From positions 17,718-81,717 of the forward strand of contig JBBQAQ010000012.1 in assembly GCA_038316435.1 (NCBI GenBank): a stretch of 64,000 nt of DNA, in the 5' to 3' direction. Below the pieces are notes generated by a model. That model worked only from the letters and a program-made list of their open reading frames with translations, did no database searches and had not been told where the DNA came from. The position numbers were made by a program, and so were the translations under genes. Origin of the DNA: Bacteroidales bacterium (GTDB lineage: Bacteria > Bacteroidota > Bacteroidia > Bacteroidales > GCA-2748055). This document shows positions 39,978 through 48,138 of the stretch, piece after piece (positions within the stretch are counted from its first letter, which is position 1; every line of letters starts with the position of its first letter).

Positions 39978-42113
39978 TTATGCTTTTTGTTCAGGTTTAG
40001 GAAGAAGTACTTTTCTAGAAAGTTTGAGTTTGCCTGTTTTTGGATCGATATCGATAAGTTTAACATCAATCTCATCTCCTTCTTTCAGAACTTCATCAAC
40101 AGTATTTAATCTTCTCCATTCAATTTCTGAAATGTGAAGAAGACCTTCTTTACCAGGAATTATTTCAACAAAAGCACCAAAAGCTACTATTGCTTTTACT
40201 TTTCCTCTGTAGACTTTATCGATCTCAGGAACTGCAACAATTCTCTGAATGCGGGCCATAGCAGCATCGATACAGGTTTTATTAACCGCGGAAACATCTA
40301 CAATCCCTTTATTATCAACTTCTTCGATTGTGATGACAGTGCCAGTTTCTCTCTGAATTTCCTGAATAATTTTACCACCGGGACCAATCAATGCTCCGAT
40401 CAGTTCTTTAGGAATCTCAATTCTTACGATACGTGGAGCATGTGGTTTATAGTCTTCTCGTGGTTCAGAAATAGTTTTCATCATCACATCAAGAATGTGC
40501 ATTCTGCCTTTTTTGGCTTGTTCGAGTGCACTTGATAAAATCTCAAATGACAAACCGTCAACTTTAATGTCCATCTGGGTAGCAGTGATACCATTTCTGG
40601 TCCCGGTTACTTTGAAGTCCATATCGCCAAGGTGATCTTCATCTCCAAGAATATCAGAAAGAACAGCCCATTTTCCAGTTTTTGTATCTGTAATAAGTCC
40701 CATTGCGATACCTGAAACCGGTCTTTTCATTTTCACACCGGCATCCAAAAGTGCAAGAGTTCCTGCGCAAACTGTGGCCATTGATGATGAACCGTTCGAC
40801 TCAAGTATATCGGAAACAACACGTACAGCGTAAGGAATCTGATCGGGACCGGGCACCATACGTTTCAGTGCTCTGTGTGCGAGGTTACCATGACCAATTT
40901 CACGACGACCTGTGCCGCGGTAAGGTTTAGCTTCCCCTGTAGAGAATGGTGGAAAGTTATAGTGTAAAACGAACTTCTCGGTTCCTTTGAAAAGAACTTC
41001 ATCGATCATTTTCTCATCCATTTTTGTTCCAAGTGTCACTGTTGTAAGCGACTGAGTTTCTCCCCTGGTAAAAAGTGCCGAACCATGAGTTGCAGGAAGG
41101 TAATCAATTTCGCACCATATTGGGCGGATTTCATCGGTTTTGCGGCCATCGAGACGAATACCTTTATCCAGAATATTGTTACGAACTGCTGATTTCTCAA
41201 CATCGTGATAATATTTTTTAACCAGCATCTGGTTTACGTTCTCTTCACCCACTTCAGCTTTCAGTTTTGTCATGAACTCATCCCTGATAGCCTGAAAATT
41301 CGCAGCACGTTCATGTTTATTGGGATTGCCAATACCTGCAAGTGCATATACTTTATCGTAAAGTTCTTTTTCGATGCGGGCTTTCAGTTCAAGGTCGTTT
41401 GTTTCGTGTGAATATTCACGTTTAACAATACCAAGTTCTTTTGCCAGCTCGTCCTGAGCAATACATTGTTTTTTAATTGCCTCATGTGCAATGCGAATGG
41501 CTTCGATCATATCGTCTTCTGATACTTCGCTCATTTCACCTTCCACCATAAGAATGTTTTCTTTGGTAGCAGCAACCATGATGTCGATATCAGCTGATTT
41601 CAGATCCGCAAATCCAGGGTTAATGACAAATTTTCCATTGATCCGCGCAACCCTGACCTCAGAAATTGGACCGCCAAAAGGAATTGTTGAAACGCTAAGG
41701 GCAGCAGATGCGGCAAGACCTGCAAGGGCATCGGGAGCAGTATCAGGATCAGCTGATAACAACATAACGTTTACAAAAACCTCAGCATGGTAATCACCCG
41801 GAAAAAGTGGACGGAGAGCTCTGTCAATTAAGCGGGATACCAAAATTTCATAATCACCGGCACGGGATTCTCTTTTCATGAATCCGCCAGGGAAACGACC
41901 TGTTGCCGCGTATTTTTCTTTGTATTCTACGGAGAGTGGCATGAAATCCACATCTTCTTTTGCTTCAGTGGCAGCAACAACAGTTGCCAACAACATGGTT
42001 TTGCCCATTCGGACAACAACGGAACCATCGGCTTGTTTAGCCAGTTTTCCGGTTTCGATGGTTACAATCCTGCCATCGCCCAGGTCGATATGTTTTTCGG
42101 TAAGTTTATACAT
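39978..42113 (-). CDS. pnp: Polyribonucleotide nucleotidyltransferase
   Basis: Two RNase PH domains ([25 protein letters not shown]), KH and S1 domains; follows rpsO. Confidence 0.98.
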   Translation of the reverse strand: MYKLTEKHIDLGDGRIVTIETGKLAKQADGSVVVRMGKTMLLATVVAATEAKEDVDFMPLSVEYKEKYAATGRFPGGFMKRESRAGDYEILVSRLIDRALRPLFPGDYHAEVFVNVMLLSADPDTAPDALAGLAASAALSVSTIPFGGPISEVRVARINGKFVINPGFADLKSADIDIMVAATKENILMVEGEMSEVSEDDMIEAIRIAHEAIKKQCIAQDELAKELGIVKREYSHETNDLELKARIEKELYDKVYALAGIGNPNKHERAANFQAIRDEFMTKLKAEVGEENVNQMLVKKYYHDVEKSAVRNNILDKGIRLDGRKTDEIRPIWCEIDYLPATHGSALFTRGETQSLTTVTLGTKMDEKMIDEVLFKGTEKFVLHYNFPPFSTGEAKPYRGTGRREIGHGNLAHRALKRMVPGPDQIPYAVRVVSDILESNGSSSMATVCAGTLALLDAGVKMKRPVSGIAMGLITDTKTGKWAVLSDILGDEDHLGDMDFKVTGTRNGITATQMDIKVDGLSFEILSSALEQAKKGRMHILDVMMKTISEPREDYKPHAPRIVRIEIPKELIGALIGPGGKIIQEIQRETGTVITIEEVDNKGIVDVSAVNKTCIDAAMARIQRIVAVPEIDKVYRGKVKAIVAFGAFVEIIPGKEGLLHISEIEWRRLNTVDEVLKEGDEIDVKLIDIDPKTGKLKLSRKVLLPKPEQKA

Positions 42114-42323
42114 GTTTCAGAAATTTCGTGGGATTAATTTAGATAAATGACTTTGGGAAAGATAAAACTAATACTATTCAGAGTTAGAAAATGATTAGCT
42201 AAATGAGTGAGTGGAGACCTATAAAGAATTGGGATTTTGAACTCTGTGACAGATAATGCGGAATTACTAAAATTATGTTTTATCTATTACCGCGAATTTA
42301 TAACCGACACAGGACTTGTAAAG

Positions 42324-42353
42324 AAAAAAGGCAATCCAAGGAATTGCCTTTTT
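42324..42353 (-). terminator. rpsO terminator
   Basis: A6-GGCAATcC-aag-GAATTGCC-T5 directly after the stop. Confidence 0.8.
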
Positions 42354-42357
42354 ACTA

Positions 42358-42624
42358 TTACTTTCTTAAGTTCAAAGCCTTTACAATACTTCTGTATCGT
42401 TTGATCTCTGTATCTTTTAGATAATCCAGTAAGCGCCTTCTTTTACCAACAAGTTTAAGAAGAGCTCTCTGTGTGCTAAAGTCTTTTTTATTGGTTTTAA
42501 GATGCTGAGTGAGGTCATTGATCCTGGTTGAAAACAAAGCAATCTGTGATTCTGATAAACCAGTATTGGTCTCTGATTTCCCGTGTACTTTGAAAATTTC
42601 CGATTTCTTTTCAGCAGTTAACAT
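42358..42624 (-). CDS. rpsO: 30S ribosomal protein S15
   Basis: NTGLSESQIA...HLKTNKKDFSTQRALLKLVGKRRRLLDYL...LNLRK. Confidence 0.98.
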   Translation of the reverse strand: MLTAEKKSEIFKVHGKSETNTGLSESQIALFSTRINDLTQHLKTNKKDFSTQRALLKLVGKRRRLLDYLKDTEIKRYRSIVKALNLRK

Positions 42625-42667
42625 TCTTTACAATTTTTAATTTTTTCCTTCAATTTTTTTCGAACTG

Positions 42668-42675
42668 CAAAAATA
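42668..42675 (-). promoter_or_regulatory. -7 promoter element of rpsO
   Basis: TATTTTTG on the minus strand 43 nt upstream of the start. Confidence 0.6.
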
Positions 42676-42778
42676 TTCAAAATTTTTAATATAACAAGAT
42701 GTATTCATAAGAATATTTTGATGTTTTTATTTGACATACAAAAAACTACCGTTTTCATGACCCTGGAGAAATTCAAAA

Positions 42779-42806
42779 ACCGGTAAAATTTTAAAATTTT
42801 ACCGGT
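42779..42806. repeat. Perfect 28-bp palindrome
   Basis: ACCGGTAAAATTTTAAAATTTTACCGGT equals its own reverse complement. Confidence 0.9.
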
Positions 42807-42863
42807 CCATGAAGCTAAGTAAAATCCCTTAATTAACAAGGATAATTCTTATCTGTCGCCTTG

Positions 42864-43031
42864 TTAACTGTAGCACCTTGCAATACAATTCATGCCATAA
42901 TCACTCTGAAAAGTAGCAAGATAATACATCCCTTTGCAAATAGCTCCCAAACCATACATAAAGGCATCCGAGGCTTGACTGCCACCATAAATGGTGATTC
43001 TTTCATCAAAACTTAATTCTTGTAGTTTCAT
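42864..43031 (-). CDS. Double-glycine-leader peptide B (55 aa; not in ORF track)
   Basis: Manual translation MKLQELSFDERITIYGG|SQASDAFMYGLGAICKGMYYLATFQSDYGMNCIARCYS; starts 20 nt after the peptide A stop. Confidence 0.78.
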   Translation of the reverse strand: MKLQELSFDERITIYGGSQASDAFMYGLGAICKGMYYLATFQSDYGMNCIARCYS

Positions 43032-43051
43032 AATTTCATGTGTTAAAATGA

Positions 43052-43240
43052 TTAAAAACTATTCCAACCTTTCATAAATGCTTCATAAGATGCTGTTGGA
43101 TTACCAGCAACCTGATAAAGCAAATAAATGCCAACTGCTTGAGCTAAAAGTAAGAGAAGCCCTCCGCTGACCTGACTCAATTCATTAGCATCCAGCTCAA
43201 TGAATTCTCCTTTACTTAATGTTACATTTTTCATAAACAT
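43052..43240 (-). CDS. Double-glycine-leader bacteriocin-like peptide A
   Basis: Leader ...FIELDANELSQVSGG followed by a 35-aa hydrophobic core; alternative ATG at 43234. Confidence 0.82.
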   Translation of the reverse strand: MFMKNVTLSKGEFIELDANELSQVSGGLLLLLAQAVGIYLLYQVAGNPTASYEAFMKGWNSF

Positions 43241-43355
43241 AAAGATTTAGTGCCTAAATTTAATATAGGTTTTAGGCAACACCCTTAAATCGTTATATGA
43301 AATTCACCAAATATCAGCCTCAACAATGAAATCACACTTGCATTAATACTTCACC

Positions 43356-43619
43356 TTAATGCTTTGTGTAAAATGCATTAATAAGCAAGGTCACAGCTAA
43401 AAACTCGGTAAAATTCACTTCGTAAAAGGGGGTTTCGTTTGGAAAAATATTTGCTAGGGAAATTAAAAAACTTGTTAGAATTAGAATGCCAATTGCGATA
43501 AACGAGATAATCGTAGATTTTAATAGGTTCTTCTCTTTTTTTGCCTTAATTGTGTAATAGAGTAATCCTGCACAAATCACGAACTTAGCGACAAAAATGA
43601 ATACTGAATACTGTTCCAT
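43356..43619 (-). CDS. Small membrane protein (about 3 TM), possible immunity protein
   Basis: 87 aa, three hydrophobic segments with a basic loop; directly upstream of the peptides. Confidence 0.6.
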   Translation of the reverse strand: MEQYSVFIFVAKFVICAGLLYYTIKAKKEKNLLKSTIISFIAIGILILTSFLISLANIFPNETPFYEVNFTEFLAVTLLINAFYTKH

Positions 43620-43847
43620 AATTTTTAGGTTTTGGTTTCATAAATAATAGTTGGGGTTCAAACAATACTTTTTGATTTATTGCTCTATACCTTAATGATT
43701 CAATTTACAAAATCTCGTACCTAAAATTCAATTATTTTTAAAATATTTTTCAAAAACCTGATTATCAATGCTGTAAAAAGTAAAGATAATCCATCGGAGG
43801 AATGGAAGTAATAAATAGGAAGACAGGAAATATCATGTAATTAAATT

Positions 43848-44339
43848 TTAGGAAACCACCTTTATATAAACACACTTATCATCCCCGATATCATAGAAAT
43901 CTTCAAACAGGGCTTTGAGAATATAGTCGTTCTTTTCGTAAAAAACTCGTGTGGAAATATATTGTTCTTTTGAGGAGGTTTCTACATAAACTGTTTTCCC
44001 ACCTAACTGGTTAACAGCTTCTTCGGTCTTTTTTAATACAATCCGACCTATTCCCTTTCCCCTGAAATCGTTATGGGTGGCAATCCAGTATAGGTCATAA
44101 CTTTTTAAAGTACAGGGAATTAACCCGTAACATGAATAGGAAATTGTTCTGCCCTCTGCTTCCGCAAATATAAATTCGTAACCACTTTCCTTTCCTTTGT
44201 GAAATGCTTCTTCAACCAGTTCGCGGGCAACAAGTACTTCATCTTCACGAAAAAATCCGGTTGAGCGAACTATATCGGTAACTGCGTCAATATCTTCAAA
44301 CTTAACATTGGTACGGAAAGTAAGGTTTTCTGTCGTCAT
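43848..44339 (-). CDS. GNAT-family N-acetyltransferase
   Basis: YDLYWIATHNDFRGKGIG, VETSS, FYEKNDY; ATG 44339 overlaps the upstream TGA (ATGA). Confidence 0.9.
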   Translation of the reverse strand: MTTENLTFRTNVKFEDIDAVTDIVRSTGFFREDEVLVARELVEEAFHKGKESGYEFIFAEAEGRTISYSCYGLIPCTLKSYDLYWIATHNDFRGKGIGRIVLKKTEEAVNQLGGKTVYVETSSKEQYISTRVFYEKNDYILKALFEDFYDIGDDKCVYIKVVS

Positions 44340-45304
44340 GATTGTGCGTCGTAAATAATTCGTTTTACTACTTCTGTGAATGAAAGTCCGGCCATGGAAC
44401 ATGCAGCATAAAATCCTGCATCGGGCGATATACATGGATTTGCATTAATCTCTAAAACATAGGGTTTGTCGTTTTGATCAACTCTGAAATCAACTCTCAC
44501 ATATCCTTTAAGATTGAAAATTTTCCAGCATTTCAGAGCCATTTCTTTCAATTCCGATTGCAATCCTACAGATGTTTCTGATAAATCAAAACTTCTCACC
44601 GTATTGTGATATTCAAATGTATCCTGGCTCCATTTTGCGGCGTAACCCACTATTTTAGGCTTGTTTGCAGGGAAATTCTGGAATACTATTTCTGCAAGAG
44701 GCATCACTTGTGGTCCCTTTTCTCCCCCGAGAACAGAAATATTAAACTCTCTTCCATCGATAAACTCTTCCACAAAGAAGCCCTTACCCCATTTTTGCTT
44801 AAGCTGAGTGAATATTCCGGCATCATTGCCTTTGAAAACACTGCTGTCATTAATTCCAACTGATGCATCTTCCCATAAAGGTTTTGCAATATATGTTTTA
44901 GAGCGATTAAGATCGATTGCACCTGTGCTTTCGAACCATTCCGGAGTTCTTATATTCTCGTGAACCAGCAATTGTTTGGTTAATATTTTGTTGGACGTAA
45001 GGAACATACCATCAAGCAAGCATCCGGTGTAAGGAATATGCAAACTTCCAAGTAATGCAGGTGCGAGGAATATCAGGTCGCCGCGTTGGTCGATTGTTTC
45101 GACAAGGTTGAAAACCAGATCGGGCGAGTGTTTAAGAATATTTTGTTTGGCTTTTTCAAGGTTCATATCCATAAATTCGCGGACAGAAACGTACCCGAGT
45201 TCTGAAAGTGCAGTCTCAACTTCAGATGCCTGAGCAAGAACGTCAAGTTCATCTTCCGTAGGTATTTCTCCTATTTTGTTTATAAGGATGACTGCCTTTT
45301 TCAT
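44336..45304 (-). CDS. Ddl-like ATP-grasp ligase 2
   Basis: VFNLVE, IPYTG, AKPLWEDASVGI, VEEFIDGREFN, GYVRVDFR, LEINANPCIS; ATG 45304 preferred. Confidence 0.9.
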   Translation of the reverse strand: MKKAVILINKIGEIPTEDELDVLAQASEVETALSELGYVSVREFMDMNLEKAKQNILKHSPDLVFNLVETIDQRGDLIFLAPALLGSLHIPYTGCLLDGMFLTSNKILTKQLLVHENIRTPEWFESTGAIDLNRSKTYIAKPLWEDASVGINDSSVFKGNDAGIFTQLKQKWGKGFFVEEFIDGREFNISVLGGEKGPQVMPLAEIVFQNFPANKPKIVGYAAKWSQDTFEYHNTVRSFDLSETSVGLQSELKEMALKCWKIFNLKGYVRVDFRVDQNDKPYVLEINANPCISPDAGFYAACSMAGLSFTEVVKRIIYDAQS

Positions 45305-45351
45305 TTTAAATATATCAGATTCACTCGGCAAATAAGTTGTGTAGAACGGCC

Positions 45352-46332
45352 TTATGGTTTCTTAATCTTCTTAACTGCCGAATCCATAATCATTTGCATT
45401 AACTCTGGATACGTGATTCCATTCTTTGTACTGAGGATAGGCAGATCGGAGTGTTCAGGATGTATTCCTGCAAGTGGATTTACTTCAATGAAATTAGGAA
45501 TTCCTTCGCTGTTGTGACGCACATCAACTCTGCCGCCATCTTCGCAACCCAATGCTCTCCATGCATCGAGAGAAACTTTTTCACAGGCTTTAGCAATTTC
45601 GCCTTTTACAAGAACGTACTCAACTAGTTCCTCGCATTCTTCCTTATTTACGTAGGAGTATACATTTTTCTCAGCTTTTTCATTGAGTATAATTTCCATT
45701 ACACCAACGGAACGAGCTTCTTCGCCGGTGCCAACGATTCCAACAGTAAATTCTCTCCCGCTAAGATAGGTTTCAACAAGAACAGGTTGCTTAAATTGTT
45801 TAAGAAGGTATTTACATCTTTCTTTTAATTGCTCGGGATTCTCGATAACCGAATGTGTGTCGATTCCTTTGCCTGTGCCCTCAGCCAGAGGTTTAGCAAA
45901 CAAAGGGTAAGGCAATTTAACTTCGAAAATATCTTCAGCAGTGTGTACTACGTGAAATGCGGGTGTAGGAACTCCTGCATCCCTGACCACGCTTTTTGTC
46001 ATGGCTTTATGCAGTGTGAGAGCCAATACCAGCGGACCAGAAAATACATAAGGCGTATTATAGGCGTCGAGAAGTGCGGGAACCTGAGCTTCGCGCCCAA
46101 TTCCGTACAATCCCTCGCAGATATTAAAAACGATATCCCATTTTTTTCCGAAAACGAGTTCTTTGGCCAGTTGTTTTATATTACCGATTCTTTCAGTTTC
46201 ATATCCCAGTTGATTCAGAGTTGATTCAATAGCTGCAACGGTTTCCTCACGGTCGAATTCAGCAGTTTCCTCCTCTGTATAACCCTGTTTAAGGTACTCA
46301 GAGCGTAAGTCGTATGTTAATCCTACTTTCAT
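45352..46332 (-). CDS. Ddl-like ATP-grasp ligase 1
   Basis: MKVGLTYDLR, VFNICEG, REAQVPALL, AKPLAEGTGKGI, LSGREFTVG, GRVDVR, IEVNPLAG; ATG 46332 preferred. Confidence 0.9.
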   Translation of the reverse strand: MKVGLTYDLRSEYLKQGYTEEETAEFDREETVAAIESTLNQLGYETERIGNIKQLAKELVFGKKWDIVFNICEGLYGIGREAQVPALLDAYNTPYVFSGPLVLALTLHKAMTKSVVRDAGVPTPAFHVVHTAEDIFEVKLPYPLFAKPLAEGTGKGIDTHSVIENPEQLKERCKYLLKQFKQPVLVETYLSGREFTVGIVGTGEEARSVGVMEIILNEKAEKNVYSYVNKEECEELVEYVLVKGEIAKACEKVSLDAWRALGCEDGGRVDVRHNSEGIPNFIEVNPLAGIHPEHSDLPILSTKNGITYPELMQMIMDSAVKKIKKP

Positions 46333-46412
46333 TTTGTGTATTATAAAAAACGGAAGAATCGTGATGAATCTTCCATTTTCAGGTAAAATTAAGAAATTAT
46401 CTATGAGAAGAT

Positions 46413-46453
46413 TTCCGAGGAGTTTCAATGTAATGTTCTGAAACTCCCCGGAA
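46413..46453 (-). other. 15-bp intercistronic stem-loop after the kamA-like gene
   Basis: TTCCGGGGAGTTTCA/TGAAACTCCTCGGAA on the minus strand (one G-U pair), no U tail. Confidence 0.6.
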
Positions 46454-46460
46454 CTCATGT

Positions 46461-47714
46461 TTACATATAGTCAGGATATTTGAATTTCTTATTCTGATAG
46501 TTAGTTAGAATAATATCTCCATCCTTTTTCCCCTGATAATAATCAGGTAAGAGAGGGATTTTACCTCCGCCACCAGGAGCGTCGATAACATAATGAGGAA
46601 CTGCATAGCCGGATGTAAATCCTCTTAATCCTTTGATTATCTCCAATCCTTTTTTCACAGAAGTTCTGAAATGGGAGGATCCTGGGATAGGGTCGCACTG
46701 GTAAAGATAATACGGACGTACCCTGACTTTCAGAAGCTCGTGAGTAAGTTTGGTATAAATCTCAACTTTATCGTTTATTCCTTTTAACAAAACTGTTTGG
46801 CTACCCATTGGAATTCCTGCATCAGCAAGCCTGTTGCAGGCTGCGATGGTTTCCTCAGTCATCTCATCGGGGTGAGTAAAATGAATACTCAGGTAAAGCG
46901 GATGATATTTCTTCAGCTTTTTAACCAGATCAGAAGTAATTCTTTGGGGAAGAACCACAGGAACTTTGGTTCCGATTCTAATTATTTCTACATGGGATAT
47001 AGCTCTTAGACGTTCAAGTATGTATTCCAGACGGTTATCCGACATGGTAAGCGGATCGCCTCCGGATAGCAAAACATCTCTGATTTCAGCATGATTGGAG
47101 ATATATTCAATAGCTGCATCAATTTTACTCAGGTTTGGATGGCTTTTTTCAACTTTTCCAACCATGTGTGAACGAGTGCAGTAACGACAGTAAACGCTAC
47201 ATATTCCGGTGATGGTAAAAAGCACTCTGTCGGGATAACGGTGTACAATAAGTTCAACCGGACTGTCGTGACCTTCGCTAAGCGGATCGGATTCCTCGCC
47301 TGGAGAAATGATAAGTTCGTCAATTACAGGAACCACAGTTCTTCGCAAGGCCTGCAAAGGATTGCATCTGTCAAGGAGACTTGCATAATAAGGTGTGATT
47401 CGCATTGGTAGATTTACTTCCCTGTCGGAGATGGTTTTTTCTTCTGGAGAGAGATTCAGGAAGGTTTCAAGTTGCTTTAAGGTGGCGAAGCTGTTTCTGA
47501 TTTGCCATTGCCAGTTGTTCCAGTCAGCTGCGCTGACTCCCGGGAAATGGCGCTCCTTAAAGGCCTGCGTCTTGGGATTGATTGGGAATTCTTTTTTTGT
47601 GCGTGCAGTAAAACTTAGTGTTTCATTTTGGGCCTGTCCGTATCTGCTTGGAGGTTCCTGACCATCGGCTTCGCCTGAAGTCGTGGTCATCACTTGTTTT
47701 TCTTCTGATTTCAT
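46461..47714 (-). CDS. KamA-family radical SAM/PLP aminomutase (lysine 2,3-aminomutase-like)
   Basis: WQWQ, HRYPDRVL, CSVYCRYC, LSGGDP, QTVLLKGIND, YLYQCD, VIDAPGGGGK (PLP Lys). Confidence 0.93.
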   Translation of the reverse strand: MKSEEKQVMTTTSGEADGQEPPSRYGQAQNETLSFTARTKKEFPINPKTQAFKERHFPGVSAADWNNWQWQIRNSFATLKQLETFLNLSPEEKTISDREVNLPMRITPYYASLLDRCNPLQALRRTVVPVIDELIISPGEESDPLSEGHDSPVELIVHRYPDRVLFTITGICSVYCRYCTRSHMVGKVEKSHPNLSKIDAAIEYISNHAEIRDVLLSGGDPLTMSDNRLEYILERLRAISHVEIIRIGTKVPVVLPQRITSDLVKKLKKYHPLYLSIHFTHPDEMTEETIAACNRLADAGIPMGSQTVLLKGINDKVEIYTKLTHELLKVRVRPYYLYQCDPIPGSSHFRTSVKKGLEIIKGLRGFTSGYAVPHYVIDAPGGGGKIPLLPDYYQGKKDGDIILTNYQNKKFKYPDYM

Positions 47715-48138
47715 GAGAAAGCTTTGCTTCTTAATAGTTTTTTTTAAAATTTATAATGATTATGTGCTTGATTTCAATTGTTTTATATCAGGTCTTTTAA
47801 ACCTGTTTCTGCTCTTAAAATTTGATGTAATTATATAACATATTTTAATTCAATGTTCATTATAAAGTATTTTTTTTACACATTTTTAAAAAAGATGTTA
47901 ACTAATTGGGAAGGGTTATATCAATAATCGTTCCACTCTTGCTGAAAAGCTCATTAATTCTGATATTTTGTCAGTTCTGTCATGCCATAAAACCGTTAAA
48001 AATTATGCTGATATTAACAACTTTTCCTGCATTAAAACTGATAGTGGAAAGAATTGAGAATATAAATGACAGCTTTAATCCAACTGAGACTTCCCAATTT
48101 GAGTTTTCAGGTGAAATTTCAGATCGGAATTTCAATTT

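Noticed and set aside
42114..42323. Possible structured RNA between rpsO and pnp
   Set aside because: No convincing stem or known motif recognisable by eye
44336..46332. Housekeeping ddl or VanA-type resistance ligases
   Set aside because: Lack the N-terminal GGxSxE motif and have no mur/fts or vanHX context
46461..47714. EpmB (EF-P modification) or catabolic lysine-fermentation kamA
   Set aside because: No efp/epmA or kamDE/kdd/kce neighbours; longer than typical EpmB and operonic with ligases
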